A DNA stretch of 64,000 nucleotides from Piromyces finnis finn. Its lineage: Eukaryota > Fungi > Neocallimastigomycota. A program made the position numbers and the translations under genes. A model generated the notes under the pieces. That model saw only the letters and a program-made list of their open reading frames with translations, was not told the DNA's origin and did not search any database. The stretch covers positions 496,001 through 560,000 of the forward strand of contig MCFH01000010.1 in assembly GCA_002104945.1 (NCBI GenBank). The letters are read 5' to 3'. Positions 53,932 to 64,000 of this stretch are shown here, one piece after another; positions within the stretch are counted from its first letter, which is position 1; every line of letters starts with the position of its first letter.

Positions 53932-56900
53932 TTATTTCTTTCTATTAAATTTTTTAAGTAGCCCCTTGCAATTTAGATTTTCTTCAGGCTCCCACGAAGC
54001 TTCATTAATTGAGTAACCTTTCCATTTAACTAAATATTGTATTTTTCCGTAATGTTTTCTTTTATCCAGAATTTCTTCAACTTCATATTCTTCTTCATTG
54101 TCAACAATAATAGGTGGCGGTGGCGGTTGAGATCTTCCAAACTTATCGTCGACATATTTTTCAAGATTGGATACATGAATGACGGGATGGATCTTAATAG
54201 ATTTTGGGAGACTTAACTTAAATGTGACATTTGATATTTTTTCCAAGATTTTGTATGGGCCGAGTTTTCTTGGCTTAAATTTTTTATTTCCTTTGTGGAT
54301 AATTAAAGAACTATCCAGCCAAACTTTGTCACCAACTTTAAAATTCGGAGCTTCTTTTCTACGTTTGTCAGCATGCTTCTTCTGGGTTTCCATGGCAGAT
54401 TTTAAATTTTCTTTTAAGGTATTAATTAAAGTTTTAAAATCTCTTGTAAACTCTTCTGCTCTTGGGACTTTAGATAAGTCTGGAATAACTGGTGAATATT
54501 TTGGATGAAAGCCGTAATTCAAAAAGAATGGAGAAAATTTGGATGATTCTTGAACCACGTTGTTATAACTAAATTCTGCAAGACTAAGAAAACTTTTCCA
54601 ATTTGAACCTTTATAATTTGAGAAACATCTTAAATATTGTTCTATAACGGAGTTCACCCTCTCCGTCTGACCGTTTGATTGATGATGAAATGGAGTAGAC
54701 AACTTAAGTTCAATGCCAAGGGAGGAACAGATGGATTGGAAGAATTCAGAGGTAAATTGAGAACCTCTATCCGAGACAATAGATTCAGGTAGGCCATGAA
54801 GACGGAAAATATTATCAATAAAGGCTGTGGCTGTTTCGGCGGCGGAAGGAATACTTTTGAACGGAATGAGATGAACCATTTTTGTAAGACGATCAACAAC
54901 AACAAGAATGCAAGTGAAACCAGAAGATGAAGGCAAATCTGTAATGAAATCCATTGAAATGGATGACCAAGGACGCTCAGCAATATCAAGAGGATTCAGA
55001 AGACCATAAGGTTTATGACGAAAGGTTTTTGAACGACAACAAACTTCACAAGAACGAACGTAGTCTTTAACATCAGAAGAAATAGAAGGCCACCAGAAGT
55101 CTCTAGCAATAAGAGAAGATGTTTTCTTTATTCCGAAATGACCAGCTGAAGGAGAGTCATGACAGAGCTTTAGAATTGAAAGACGACAATTTGGAGGAAC
55201 ATAGATTCTGTCAGTAAAAAGGAGAAAACTATTGCTTAAGGAAAATTTGTCAATTTGAGGGTGAGGTATTGGAGGTTTCCTACAATCAAGATATTCACAG
55301 ATTTTATTGTAAAAGTCATCATTTATATATTCGGAAAGAAAAGAATCACTAATGGATGAAACAGAAGTCACAATGGCACAAAAGTTTTCAGGGCGAAGAA
55401 CATTAAAAGGAACATCAGAAGAGGAATTCGAATTGATAGCATAATCAGGACGACGAGATAGAGCATCAGGCTTACCGTTAGAAGAACCAGAACGATAAAT
55501 AATAACAAAGTTAAATTCAGAGAGGAACAGAGCCCAGCGAACAAGACGTTGAGACATTTTTTCAGGTTTCTTTTGATAGAGTAAATTTCGATGATCCGAG
55601 TAAATCTTAAAAGTAGAAGAAGAGCCTTTAAGTAGATGACGCCATGTTTCAAGAGCAGCAACGATAGATAAGAGCTCTTTATCATATATTGGATAATTAC
55701 GTTCAGGACCAGTAAGAGAGCGAGAAAAGAAAGCAACTGGATGGGTCATATTATCAATTGGAGAGACTTGCGAGAGAATAGCACCAATGGCAAAGTTACT
55801 TGAATCAGTTTCGACTATGAATGGAAGTTCACGATTAGGAAATATAAGAACAGGAGCAGAAACAAATAAGGACTTGAGTGAATCGAAAGCATCTTGAGCT
55901 TCTTTAGACCATACAAATTTAACATTTTTCTTCAAAAGTTTATGCAAAGGATGAGCGATCTTTGCAAAATTTGGAATAAATCGACGGTAGTAGTTCGCAA
56001 GACCAAGAAAAGATTGAACCTCTTTAACATTAGATGGAGTAGGCCAGTTTAAAATAGAAGAAACTTTATTTGGGTCCATGTGAATACCATCAGTAGAAAT
56101 CCTATGACCAAGGAAATCAATAAAAGAAACAAAGAACTCGCATTTTTCCAATTTAGCATAGAGCCCAGCATCCCTCAGGAGTTTCAAAACAGTTTTGACA
56201 TGAGATATATGAGATTTATAATCAGAGGAAAAAATAATAATATCATCTATGTAAGAGAAAGCGAATTTACCAAGAACGTCTTCAAGAACATCATTAATGA
56301 AATGTTGAAAAACAGCAGGTGCATTTTTCAACCCAAAAGGCATCACACAGTATTCAAAATGACCTAACTTGCAAGTAAAAGCGGTTTTATATTCATCACC
56401 ACTTTTAATCCTGACCAAGTTATAGGCAGAACGAAGATCCAATTTTGAGAAAATCTTCCCTTTTCCAAGATGTTCAAGCATATCTTGTATAAGAGGAAGG
56501 GGATAAGAATCACGAATAGTTATGGAGTTTAATTGGCGATAGTCAACACACATACGAAGTTGACCGTTTTTCTTAGGTACAAACAGAATAGGAGCTCCCG
56601 CAGGCGATTTTGATTTTCTAATAAATCCTTTCTTGAGATTTTCTTTTATATATTCTTCTAAAGCAATTGATTCGGTTTCTGTTAGAGGATAAATCGGTCC
56701 ATAAAACAGTTTTGAATTTTCTTTGAGTTTTATTTCACAATCGTATGGACGGTGTGGAGGAAGTTTTTCAGCATTAGATTCATTGAAGACATCAGCAAAG
56801 TCAGAGAGAACATCCGGAAGTATAATAGAAGAATTGGGTTCTGATTTAGAGTTTGAATCGGATTTGAGAATAGAATTGGATTGAATATTAGAATCAGAAA

Positions 56901-58374
56901 AAGAAGTCAAAACAGAAGTTGGTTCTTGATTTGAGAGAGACGAAGTAGAAAAGTTAACAGAAGACTTCTTAGAAACAGAATTGTTAATATTTTTTGAAGA
57001 ACCCGAACAGAGAATAGTACAAGTACGATTAGTTTCGTTTTGAGATTGGATGTTTTGTTTATCGACAAATATAGGGTAAGCGAATGAATCATGCGGAGGT
57101 TCGTAGGAAGGATCTTCCATTGCAGGAAAAGCAGATCTTTCTTCAGGAAATTCAGGGACATTATTGGAGAGTGTTATACAACGATTATAACAGTAATCGG
57201 ATACAAATGAAATTTTGTTCTTTGTGAAATCGATAGAAGGATTGTGTTCTTTAAGCCAGTCTATTCCAAGAATACAAGGATAATAAGGTAGATCAGTTAC
57301 ATAGAATTGTGTTCGACAGAGATGATCTTTGTAGCGAAGATTCAAAGGAGATGTAATTCCAAAAAGAGATTGTCGACCACCGATACCAACGATATTTGGG
57401 AGGTTACCATCATCATGATAAGGAATGTTATTATCGTTACAGTAATCTACATCAATTAAATTAAGTTTGGATCCTGAGTCAATAAGAATATCCGTATTTA
57501 GTTCATAAGAAAGTTTAAATTTAGTTGTCATTTTATTATGAGTTTTGTTTTCTTCTTTAGGAGCGGATATAAGTGTGGGAATAGATATTAGTGAAGGATT
57601 TTCACGATCTTTATTCTTTCTTTTTGGACAATTATTAAGCTTATGACTTGAAGCACCACAATACACACAAAGATTTTCTTTCTTTCTTCTTTCCTTTTCT
57701 TCGTTTGAGATAGGGCCATGGTTATTCCTGTTTGTAATGGACTTTGTTATTTTTGAAGAGTGATGAAAAGATCTTTTCTTTCGGTTTTGGTCATTGTTTG
57801 AACCAGAAGGGAAAAAGGTATGGTGTGTAGATAATCTTGAATCGATTCTTGAAGCAATAGTCTGTAATGAAAGAAGATCCCTAGGACCCGGAAACATTTC
57901 CAAAATACGAACGGCAACTTGTTGATTAAGGCCAGCTATAAATGCATCCATTTTGGCTTGTTCATTCCAGTTTGATTCATCAGCATAGCGGTTAAATTCC
58001 AAGATATATCCTCTAATTCCTCCTAATCGGCGTTGTTTTAAGGTTCTAAGCATTTGATTTGCAACATAGGTAGCATCGTTATATCCATAAAAAGCCTTAA
58101 ACCTGTCAACAAAAGCTTGGTAGTTATTAAGACACGGATCATGGTTGTTTATAAGAGTAGCAGCCCAATTCATAGCGTCCCCATAAAGTCTTGATATTAT
58201 ATAGAGAATTTTGGTTGCGTCGTCTTGATACCGTTCAGGATATAGCATAAGCACTAGCTCCACCTTAGCTAAGAAACCCTTCAGATACCTGCGATCCCCT
58301 GCAAAACCATCCTTAAGAGTTGCGTTTTCGAAAATATTATTATTATCCATGTGGTTGTTTTCGTTCTCTTCCAT
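53932..58374 (-). CDS. Gag-Pol polyprotein of element A (Gag, CCHC knuckle, protease, RT, RNase H, integrase, chromodomain), 1480 aa
   Basis: [43 protein letters not shown]...[38 protein letters not shown]...YLVKWKGY. Single ORF with no frameshift. Confidence 0.98.
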   Translation of the reverse strand: MEENENNHMDNNNIFENATLKDGFAGDRRYLKGFLAKVELVLMLYPERYQDDATKILYIISRLYGDAMNWAATLINNHDPCLNNYQAFVDRFKAFYGYNDATYVANQMLRTLKQRRLGGIRGYILEFNRYADESNWNEQAKMDAFIAGLNQQVAVRILEMFPGPRDLLSLQTIASRIDSRLSTHHTFFPSGSNNDQNRKKRSFHHSSKITKSITNRNNHGPISNEEKERRKKENLCVYCGASSHKLNNCPKRKNKDRENPSLISIPTLISAPKEENKTHNKMTTKFKLSYELNTDILIDSGSKLNLIDVDYCNDNNIPYHDDGNLPNIVGIGGRQSLFGITSPLNLRYKDHLCRTQFYVTDLPYYPCILGIDWLKEHNPSIDFTKNKISFVSDYCYNRCITLSNNVPEFPEERSAFPAMEDPSYEPPHDSFAYPIFVDKQNIQSQNETNRTCTILCSGSSKNINNSVSKKSSVNFSTSSLSNQEPTSVLTSFSDSNIQSNSILKSDSNSKSEPNSSIILPDVLSDFADVFNESNAEKLPPHRPYDCEIKLKENSKLFYGPIYPLTETESIALEEYIKENLKKGFIRKSKSPAGAPILFVPKKNGQLRMCVDYRQLNSITIRDSYPLPLIQDMLEHLGKGKIFSKLDLRSAYNLVRIKSGDEYKTAFTCKLGHFEYCVMPFGLKNAPAVFQHFINDVLEDVLGKFAFSYIDDIIIFSSDYKSHISHVKTVLKLLRDAGLYAKLEKCEFFVSFIDFLGHRISTDGIHMDPNKVSSILNWPTPSNVKEVQSFLGLANYYRRFIPNFAKIAHPLHKLLKKNVKFVWSKEAQDAFDSLKSLFVSAPVLIFPNRELPFIVETDSSNFAIGAILSQVSPIDNMTHPVAFFSRSLTGPERNYPIYDKELLSIVAALETWRHLLKGSSSTFKIYSDHRNLLYQKKPEKMSQRLVRWALFLSEFNFVIIYRSGSSNGKPDALSRRPDYAINSNSSSDVPFNVLRPENFCAIVTSVSSISDSFLSEYINDDFYNKICEYLDCRKPPIPHPQIDKFSLSNSFLLFTDRIYVPPNCRLSILKLCHDSPSAGHFGIKKTSSLIARDFWWPSISSDVKDYVRSCEVCCRSKTFRHKPYGLLNPLDIAERPWSSISMDFITDLPSSSGFTCILVVVDRLTKMVHLIPFKSIPSAAETATAFIDNIFRLHGLPESIVSDRGSQFTSEFFQSICSSLGIELKLSTPFHHQSNGQTERVNSVIEQYLRCFSNYKGSNWKSFLSLAEFSYNNVVQESSKFSPFFLNYGFHPKYSPVIPDLSKVPRAEEFTRDFKTLINTLKENLKSAMETQKKHADKRRKEAPNFKVGDKVWLDSSLIIHKGNKKFKPRKLGPYKILEKISNVTFKLSLPKSIKIHPVIHVSNLEKYVDDKFGRSQPPPPPIIVDNEEEYEVEEILDKRKHYGKIQYLVKWKGYSINEASWEPEENLNCKGLLKKFNRKK

Positions 58375-59255
58375 AGTACTTATGATGTTTTCTTTAATAA
58401 GCTTTAATAAATTTGTAAAAATAATAGAATAAAGTATTTAATTATATTTATTAATTGAGTAAATCTTTTTATTAAATAATAATATAAACCAGATTATATA
58501 GTGTTAAACCATCAAATATATAACCTGTTTTATTCTTTATAATAAGTCCTTCGTAGCTCTTCACGATAACACGTATAAAGTCGATTGTTAATATTAATTA
58601 AATTAATAAAAGAAAGGAACGGTGTAAAAATTTTTTTTAGTGTCTAACTTATTGTTAGCAATAAAAATTATTACAGGTTTTCTTTCCCTATATCAACCTT
58701 ATCCGAACGTAGAAGTATTATGTATAAGAGTTTAACTTCTCACGCTAAAGGAGTTATAAAGAATATTATTTTATATTATTACAATTTTAATAAATTGTCT
58801 TAACAATTAATAATTATAATTAAAAATTAGAAATTGTTTTATTAGAAAACTTAATTTTAAAATGTATTAATTAAGAAATATTATTTTATTAAAGTAAGGC
58901 ATTTCCGGCTATTTTCCGGTCTATAATCAAACAGCAAAAGATAGTATACAACTATAAATCTCACGCCAGCTTGCTTATTACAGCGTCTTGTACGTGGTGT
59001 ACCTCGGATTCTCCTACTTCCTTATTCAAAGTAGAATAGCTCAGAGCCTGCCAACCCAATTATTGTACAGGTTAAACTCGATCCCGTTAATCTTTTACTT
59101 TTTATAGTTTGAATTATATACCGCTTCTAAAGCGTACTAATTCTACTACTTTAAGTAAAAATATTTCTTTAAAGAAAAGCTTCAACAATAAAACTTAAAA
59201 GTTTTATCTATAACAATTTCTTAAACACTAAGGTATTAAGCTTTTATATTATAAG

Positions 59256-59265
59256 GAGATTTTAT
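59256..59265 (-). other. Self-priming PBS of element A
   Basis: Sense ATAAAATCTC directly after the 5' LTR is complementary to GAGATTTTAT inside the LTR (59435-59444), ~40 nt downstream of TATAAATA. Confidence 0.78.
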
Positions 59266-59694
59266 TGTAAAGAAATGTGTCTTTAACAATAAAACAAATT
59301 ATAATATTTACTAAATAACTTAGTAATATTAACACTTTAAAATAATCTGTAAATTATTAATTTATAAAAATATCATTAAAAACACATAGAATTTAACTTA
59401 ATAAGTTAGTGTTTAATAATATAATTATTTATTAATAAAATCTCGATTCTTTAAAATATTTGGGAAAATTCACTCGTATTTATACTAAAAATTTTTTAAA
59501 TTAATTTATAAAATTTTTTCAACTTAAAATTCTTAACCAATCAATAATCTTCATATAAAATAAAATTTAAAAATAAAATAAAATTATAATTTTTTTAAAA
59601 TAGTATCTATGAGGTCTCGAACTAGTGTCATTCAGACTCAAAGTCTTAGCTACTAACCACTAAGACAATTTAGTTATTTCTAGTATTCGTTACA
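59266..59694 (-). repeat. 5' LTR of element A
   Basis: 429 bp; no difference from 53184-53612 found by eye. Confidence 0.96.
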
Positions 59695-59731
59695 CTAGGC
59701 AATAGACACTACCTTTGTATATTGTTTTACA

Positions 59732-59810
59732 ACTCTTTTGGACTCTCTTGGACTCTTGGACTCTCTCGGACTCTTTTGGACTCTTTTGGACTCTTTTGGA
59801 CTCTCTTGGA
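59732..59810 (+). repeat. ~8 tandem copies of GGACTCT(C/T)TT in the element B leader
   Basis: Read directly, 55-135 nt upstream of the gag ATG. Confidence 0.9.
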
Positions 59811-59865
59811 TATATTATACGATTAAATTGAATTAAAATTAGATATTTTCAATAAAATAAAGAAT

Positions 59866-62800
59866 ATGGATGAAGAATTGATGAACCATGCTACGTTGAA
59901 GGATGGTTTCGCTGGAAATCGTCGTTTCTTTAAGGGTTTTCTCGCTAAAATAGAATTAATCTTTATGGTCTACCCAGAGCGCTACGCGGATGACGAAGCA
60001 AAAATCGTCTATATTATTTCAAGACTATATGGTGAAGCCTTGAATTGGGCTGCATCATTAATTCACAACCATGACGAATGCCTATTAAATTATGACTCAT
60101 TTGTTGCAAAGCTTAAATCTGTGTTTGGCAACAACGACTCAACATTTGTGGCTAATCAAAAGCTTCGAACTATAAAGCAAAGGAAAATCGGAGAAATTCA
60201 AAAATATATTCTTGAATTTAACCGATACTCTGATGACTCCTCTTGGAACGAAAGTGCAAAAATGGACGCCTTCTTAGCTGGACTACAAGATCAAGTCGCC
60301 AATAGAATTTTAGAAATGTTTCCCGGTCCACAAACGCTACTAAATTTACAAGTTATAGCATCAAGAATCGATTCTAGAATCGATACCAATAGAAGATTTT
60401 TCAACAACAATCACTCTAATAGCACCAATCAAAACCGAAGAACTGAAGCAAATAGAAAACCTTTCACTTCGAGAAATAAGAAAACTTACGGACCGCTTAC
60501 CTCAGAAGAAAAGGCTAGAAGAATTAAGGAGAATCTCTGTTTATATTGTGGTTCTCCAGATCACAAGTTAAACAACTGTCCAAAAAGAAGTAAAAATGAA
60601 AAAACAGCTGGGACTCATATTTCTAATTCTATGCCTGAAAAGAAACCTAGAATAAGATTCTCCGATAATCCCCATTTGAAACAACCAGTTTTTGAGTTCC
60701 AACTCAATACTTCCGACGTCTCCGTTAACACTAAACTACTAATTGATTCAGGATCCCAACTTAACCTAATAGATGTGGTCTTTGCAGAAGAAAACAACAT
60801 TCCTTTTGATAAATCCGTCTCTCTCGACAAAATCTCTGGTATTGGTGGGGAACAACTAGTTTTAGGTAAATCCATCCCAATTTCAATTAAATACAAAAAC
60901 CACCAATGTAAAACTATATTTTATATTGTAGACCTCCCGGGATATTGTGGTATCTTAGGTGCTGAATGGTTACATCAGCACAACCCTATTATTAACTTCG
61001 TTGAAAAAGAATTATCTTTTAATTCAAATTTCTGTTTGTCACATTGCTCTGTCATTCCAAATGTTGCCCCTACTTATGTTATTTCTTCTATTTCTAATGA
61101 TTCCAAACCTTCTTGTAGCACTTCAACCAATTCTTATATCCATGATTCTGTAACAAATCTTCCAAAAAGTCAAGATTCCACCACTAACACTTCTAGTAAT
61201 CAAGAAGTTATTCTACCCGCTGAACTTCAAGCCTTTGAAGATGTATTTAATGAAAAAGCCGCTGAACAATTGCCGCCACATAGGCAATACGATTGTGAAA
61301 TCCGTCTTAAGCCGGACTCCAAACTTTTCTATGGACCAATTTATCCTTTAACGGATAAAGAATCAATGGTATTGAAGGAATACATTGATGAAAATTTGCG
61401 AAAAGGTTTCATCAGACCTTCGAAGTCTCCGGCTGGTGCCCCAGTGCTTTTTGTCCCGAAGAAAAATGGTGAACTACGTCTATGTCAAGATTATAGGAAA
61501 TTAAACGAAATCACAATCCGTGATTCATACCCTTTACCATTAATTAATGACATGTTGGAACATCTAGGTAAAAGCAACATCTTCTCCAAACTTGATTTAA
61601 GATCCGCTTATAATCTTGTGAGGATCAAAGAAGGTGATGAATTCAAAACTGCTTTTACTTGCAAATATGGACACTTTGAATATACTGTAATGCCGTTTGG
61701 TTTGAAAAACGCACCTGCAGTATTTCAACATTTCATTAATGATGTGCTTGAGGGAATCTTGGGAATATTTGTCTTTAGTTATATTGATGACTTAATAATT
61801 TTCTCGGAAAATTTTAAAACCCATGTAATCCAGGTTAAAGAAGTACTTAAAAGACTTAGAAAAGCGGGACTTTACGCAAAACTTGAAAAATGTGAGTTCT
61901 TTGTCCCATTTATCGATTTCTTAGGTCATCGTATATCTTCTGAAGGTATTTTAATGGATCCAAAGAAAATTGCATCTATCTTGGAATGGCCAACTCCTAA
62001 AAGCGTTAAAGAGGTTCAAGCGTTTCTTGGGTTAGCTAATTATTATAGAAGATTCATTGCCGGTTTTGCTGAGATCGCACAACCACTGAATGCGTTACTT
62101 AAGAAGGATGTTAAATTCTGCTTCTCTCATCAGTGTGAAAATTCTTTTAGTTTAATCAAATCCAAATTTGCTTCTTCCCCTGTTCTTGCATACCCGAATC
62201 GTGATATACCTTTCATAGTTGAAACGGATGCAAGTAATTTCGCTATAGGAGCAATCCTTTCACAAACGAATCCAAAAGACAAGTCGGTTCATCCAGTGGC
62301 ATTTTTCTCTAGATCGCTTAGTTCTTCTGAAAGGAACTATCCGATCTACGATAAAGAACTTTTAGCAATTGTAGCTGCTTTAGAAACTTGGCGACATCTA
62401 CTCAAAGGAACTACTCAGCCTTTCAAGATTTTCTCGGATCATAGAAATTTGCTCTACCAGAAGAAACCCGAAAAAATGACTCAAAGATTAGTTCGTTGGT
62501 CTCTGTTCCTTGCCGAGTTTAACTTTATCATCGTTTATCGGTCGGGTTCTGCTAATGGTAAACCTGACGCTTTATCTAGAAGACCAGATTACTTAGAAAA
62601 TTTTAAGTATAACAATGACATTCCAAATTCCGTCCTTAGACCCGAAAACTTTTGTGCCATGGTTCTGGATAACAATCCCCTTATGGATAAAATCATTTCA
62701 AATAGCAAAGATGATAAATTTTACTTTGAAGTATGCAAATATTTAGAAACTCAAATTCCCCCAGTCCCTCATTCGCAAATCGAAAACTTTAAAATTCAAG

Positions 62801-64000
62801 ATGGTGTATTATTATTCAATAATAGGATCTATGTCCCCCAAGATTGTCGTTTGGAAGTTCTTAAAATTTGCCATGACTCACCCTCCGCTGGACACTTCGG
62901 ATTAAAGAAAACTACTTCCCTTATTGTTCGTGACTTTTGGTGGCCTTATCTCTCAGTCGATGTCAAAGAATATGTTAGGTCTTGCGAAATATGTTGCCGA
63001 TCAAAGGATTCTCGACACAAACCCTATGGATTTCTCTCCCCTTTGGAAATTGCTGAACGTCCTTGGTCTTCCTTATCTATGGACTTTATTACGGATCTCC
63101 CACCTTCCCAAAAGTATACTTGCATTCTTGTAGTCACCGATAGATTAACTAAATTATGCCACTTCATTCCTTTTGAGAACATCCCTTCTGCCTCCGATAC
63201 TGCTGATGCTTTCATGATCAACGTTTTTCGTCTCCATGGATTACCAAATGAAATTCTTTCGGATAGAGGTACTCAATTTACCTCTAAATTCTGGAATTCA
63301 ATTTGCAAATCTTTTGATATAAACCTAAAATTTTCTTCTTCCTACCATCACCAAACTAACGGGCTGACGGAGAGGGTAAACTCCGTTGTAGAACAATACC
63401 TAAGGTGTTACTCAAATTATAAAGGCTCTAACTGGTACAAGTTCTTACATCTTGCTGAATTTAGTTACAATAATGCCGTTCAAGAATCTACCAAAACTTC
63501 ACCATTTTTTGCTAACTATGGCTATAATCCAAAACATTCTCCAATTTTACCAAGTCGTACCGAGATACCAACTGCGGATGAATTCACAAGAAATTTCAAA
63601 GAAATAATTAAAACTCTTAAAGATAACTTGAAGAAATCCATTAATCAACAAGAAAAATTCGCAAACAAACACAGAAGTAAAGCCCCTGAACTCAAGGTAA
63701 ATGATAAAGTATGGATCAACAGTTCTTTAATAATGCGTAATGGTAATAAGAAGTTAAAACCTAGAAAACTTGGTCCGTACAAAATAATTGAAAAAATTTC
63801 TCCAGTTTCTTTCAAATTGGAGTTACCAAAAGAAATTCGCATTCATCCAGTCATCCACGTTTCAGAATTGGAACCCTACCATGAAGACAAGTTCAATAGA
63901 AAGCAACCGCCACCTCCGCCGGTTATTGTGGATAATAAGGAAGAATTTGAAGTCGAAGAGATATTGGATAAAAGAAGATATTATGGTAAAGTCCAATATC
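59866..64000 (+). CDS. Gag-Pol polyprotein of element B (open to the window end; reaches the chromodomain)
   Basis: [20 protein letters not shown]..., CLYCGSPDHKLNNC, LIDSGS, YIDD, ETDASNFAIGA, SDRGTQF, ...[20 protein letters not shown], all in one frame. Probably missing from the ORF track because there is no stop in the window. Confidence 0.95.
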   Translation, partial: MDEELMNHATLKDGFAGNRRFFKGFLAKIELIFMVYPERYADDEAKIVYIISRLYGEALNWAASLIHNHDECLLNYDSFVAKLKSVFGNNDSTFVANQKLRTIKQRKIGEIQKYILEFNRYSDDSSWNESAKMDAFLAGLQDQVANRILEMFPGPQTLLNLQVIASRIDSRIDTNRRFFNNNHSNSTNQNRRTEANRKPFTSRNKKTYGPLTSEEKARRIKENLCLYCGSPDHKLNNCPKRSKNEKTAGTHISNSMPEKKPRIRFSDNPHLKQPVFEFQLNTSDVSVNTKLLIDSGSQLNLIDVVFAEENNIPFDKSVSLDKISGIGGEQLVLGKSIPISIKYKNHQCKTIFYIVDLPGYCGILGAEWLHQHNPIINFVEKELSFNSNFCLSHCSVIPNVAPTYVISSISNDSKPSCSTSTNSYIHDSVTNLPKSQDSTTNTSSNQEVILPAELQAFEDVFNEKAAEQLPPHRQYDCEIRLKPDSKLFYGPIYPLTDKESMVLKEYIDENLRKGFIRPSKSPAGAPVLFVPKKNGELRLCQDYRKLNEITIRDSYPLPLINDMLEHLGKSNIFSKLDLRSAYNLVRIKEGDEFKTAFTCKYGHFEYTVMPFGLKNAPAVFQHFINDVLEGILGIFVFSYIDDLIIFSENFKTHVIQVKEVLKRLRKAGLYAKLEKCEFFVPFIDFLGHRISSEGILMDPKKIASILEWPTPKSVKEVQAFLGLANYYRRFIAGFAEIAQPLNALLKKDVKFCFSHQCENSFSLIKSKFASSPVLAYPNRDIPFIVETDASNFAIGAILSQTNPKDKSVHPVAFFSRSLSSSERNYPIYDKELLAIVAALETWRHLLKGTTQPFKIFSDHRNLLYQKKPEKMTQRLVRWSLFLAEFNFIIVYRSGSANGKPDALSRRPDYLENFKYNNDIPNSVLRPENFCAMVLDNNPLMDKIISNSKDDKFYFEVCKYLETQIPPVPHSQIENFKIQDGVLLFNNRIYVPQDCRLEVLKICHDSPSAGHFGLKKTTSLIVRDFWWPYLSVDVKEYVRSCEICCRSKDSRHKPYGFLSPLEIAERPWSSLSMDFITDLPPSQKYTCILVVTDRLTKLCHFIPFENIPSASDTADAFMINVFRLHGLPNEILSDRGTQFTSKFWNSICKSFDINLKFSSSYHHQTNGLTERVNSVVEQYLRCYSNYKGSNWYKFLHLAEFSYNNAVQESTKTSPFFANYGYNPKHSPILPSRTEIPTADEFTRNFKEIIKTLKDNLKKSINQQEKFANKHRSKAPELKVNDKVWINSSLIMRNGNKKLKPRKLGPYKIIEKISPVSFKLELPKEIRIHPVIHVSELEPYHEDKFNRKQPPPPPVIVDNKEEFEVEEILDKRRYYGKVQY

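Larger units (their letters stand above)
53184..59694 (-). mobile_element. Element A: full-length intact chromovirus (6511 bp) with CTAGG target-site duplication
   Basis: Two 429-bp LTRs, apparently identical; CTAGG at 53179-53183 and 59695-59699; PPT, self-priming PBS and an uninterrupted gag-pol. Confidence 0.97.
52441..64000 (+). mobile_element. Element B: chromovirus (Tf1/sushi-like Ty3/gypsy), interrupted in its leader by element A and running off the window end
   Basis: 5' LTR 52441-52999; leader 53000-53183 resumes at 59695; gag-pol from 59866. Confidence 0.92.

Overview
Very AT-rich, intron-rich eukaryotic DNA, most consistent with an anaerobic gut fungus (Neocallimastigomycota). This is an inference from composition, an axonemal gene and a class C GPCR with a bacterial-type solute-binding ectodomain. 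Positions 1-45 kb are gene-dense: RCC1, a Cep192/SPD-2-type ASH-domain protein, CCDC39, XRCC4, PEX6, PDX2/SNO1, NMD3, a small Myb protein, an 8-exon TMEM243-like gene missed by the ORF track, a GPI-anchored CFEM-like protein, an SBP-class C GPCR, LTV1 and a PH-domain protein. About 6 kb of apparently gene-free sequence follows, then a three-level nest of Ty3/gypsy LTR retrotransposons. Intact chromovirus A (53184-59694, minus strand, apparently identical 429-bp LTRs, CTAGG TSD) sits in the 5' leader of chromovirus B (52441 to beyond the window), which sits in the gag of tRNA-Ala-primed element C. The most notable signal is that both chromovirus LTR families carry, at the same position in U3, a tRNA(Gln)-like A-box/B-box cassette with tRNA spacing and a co-varying hairpin, although both elements show Tf1-type tRNA-independent self-priming. 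All calls are by eye; no database searches were run.
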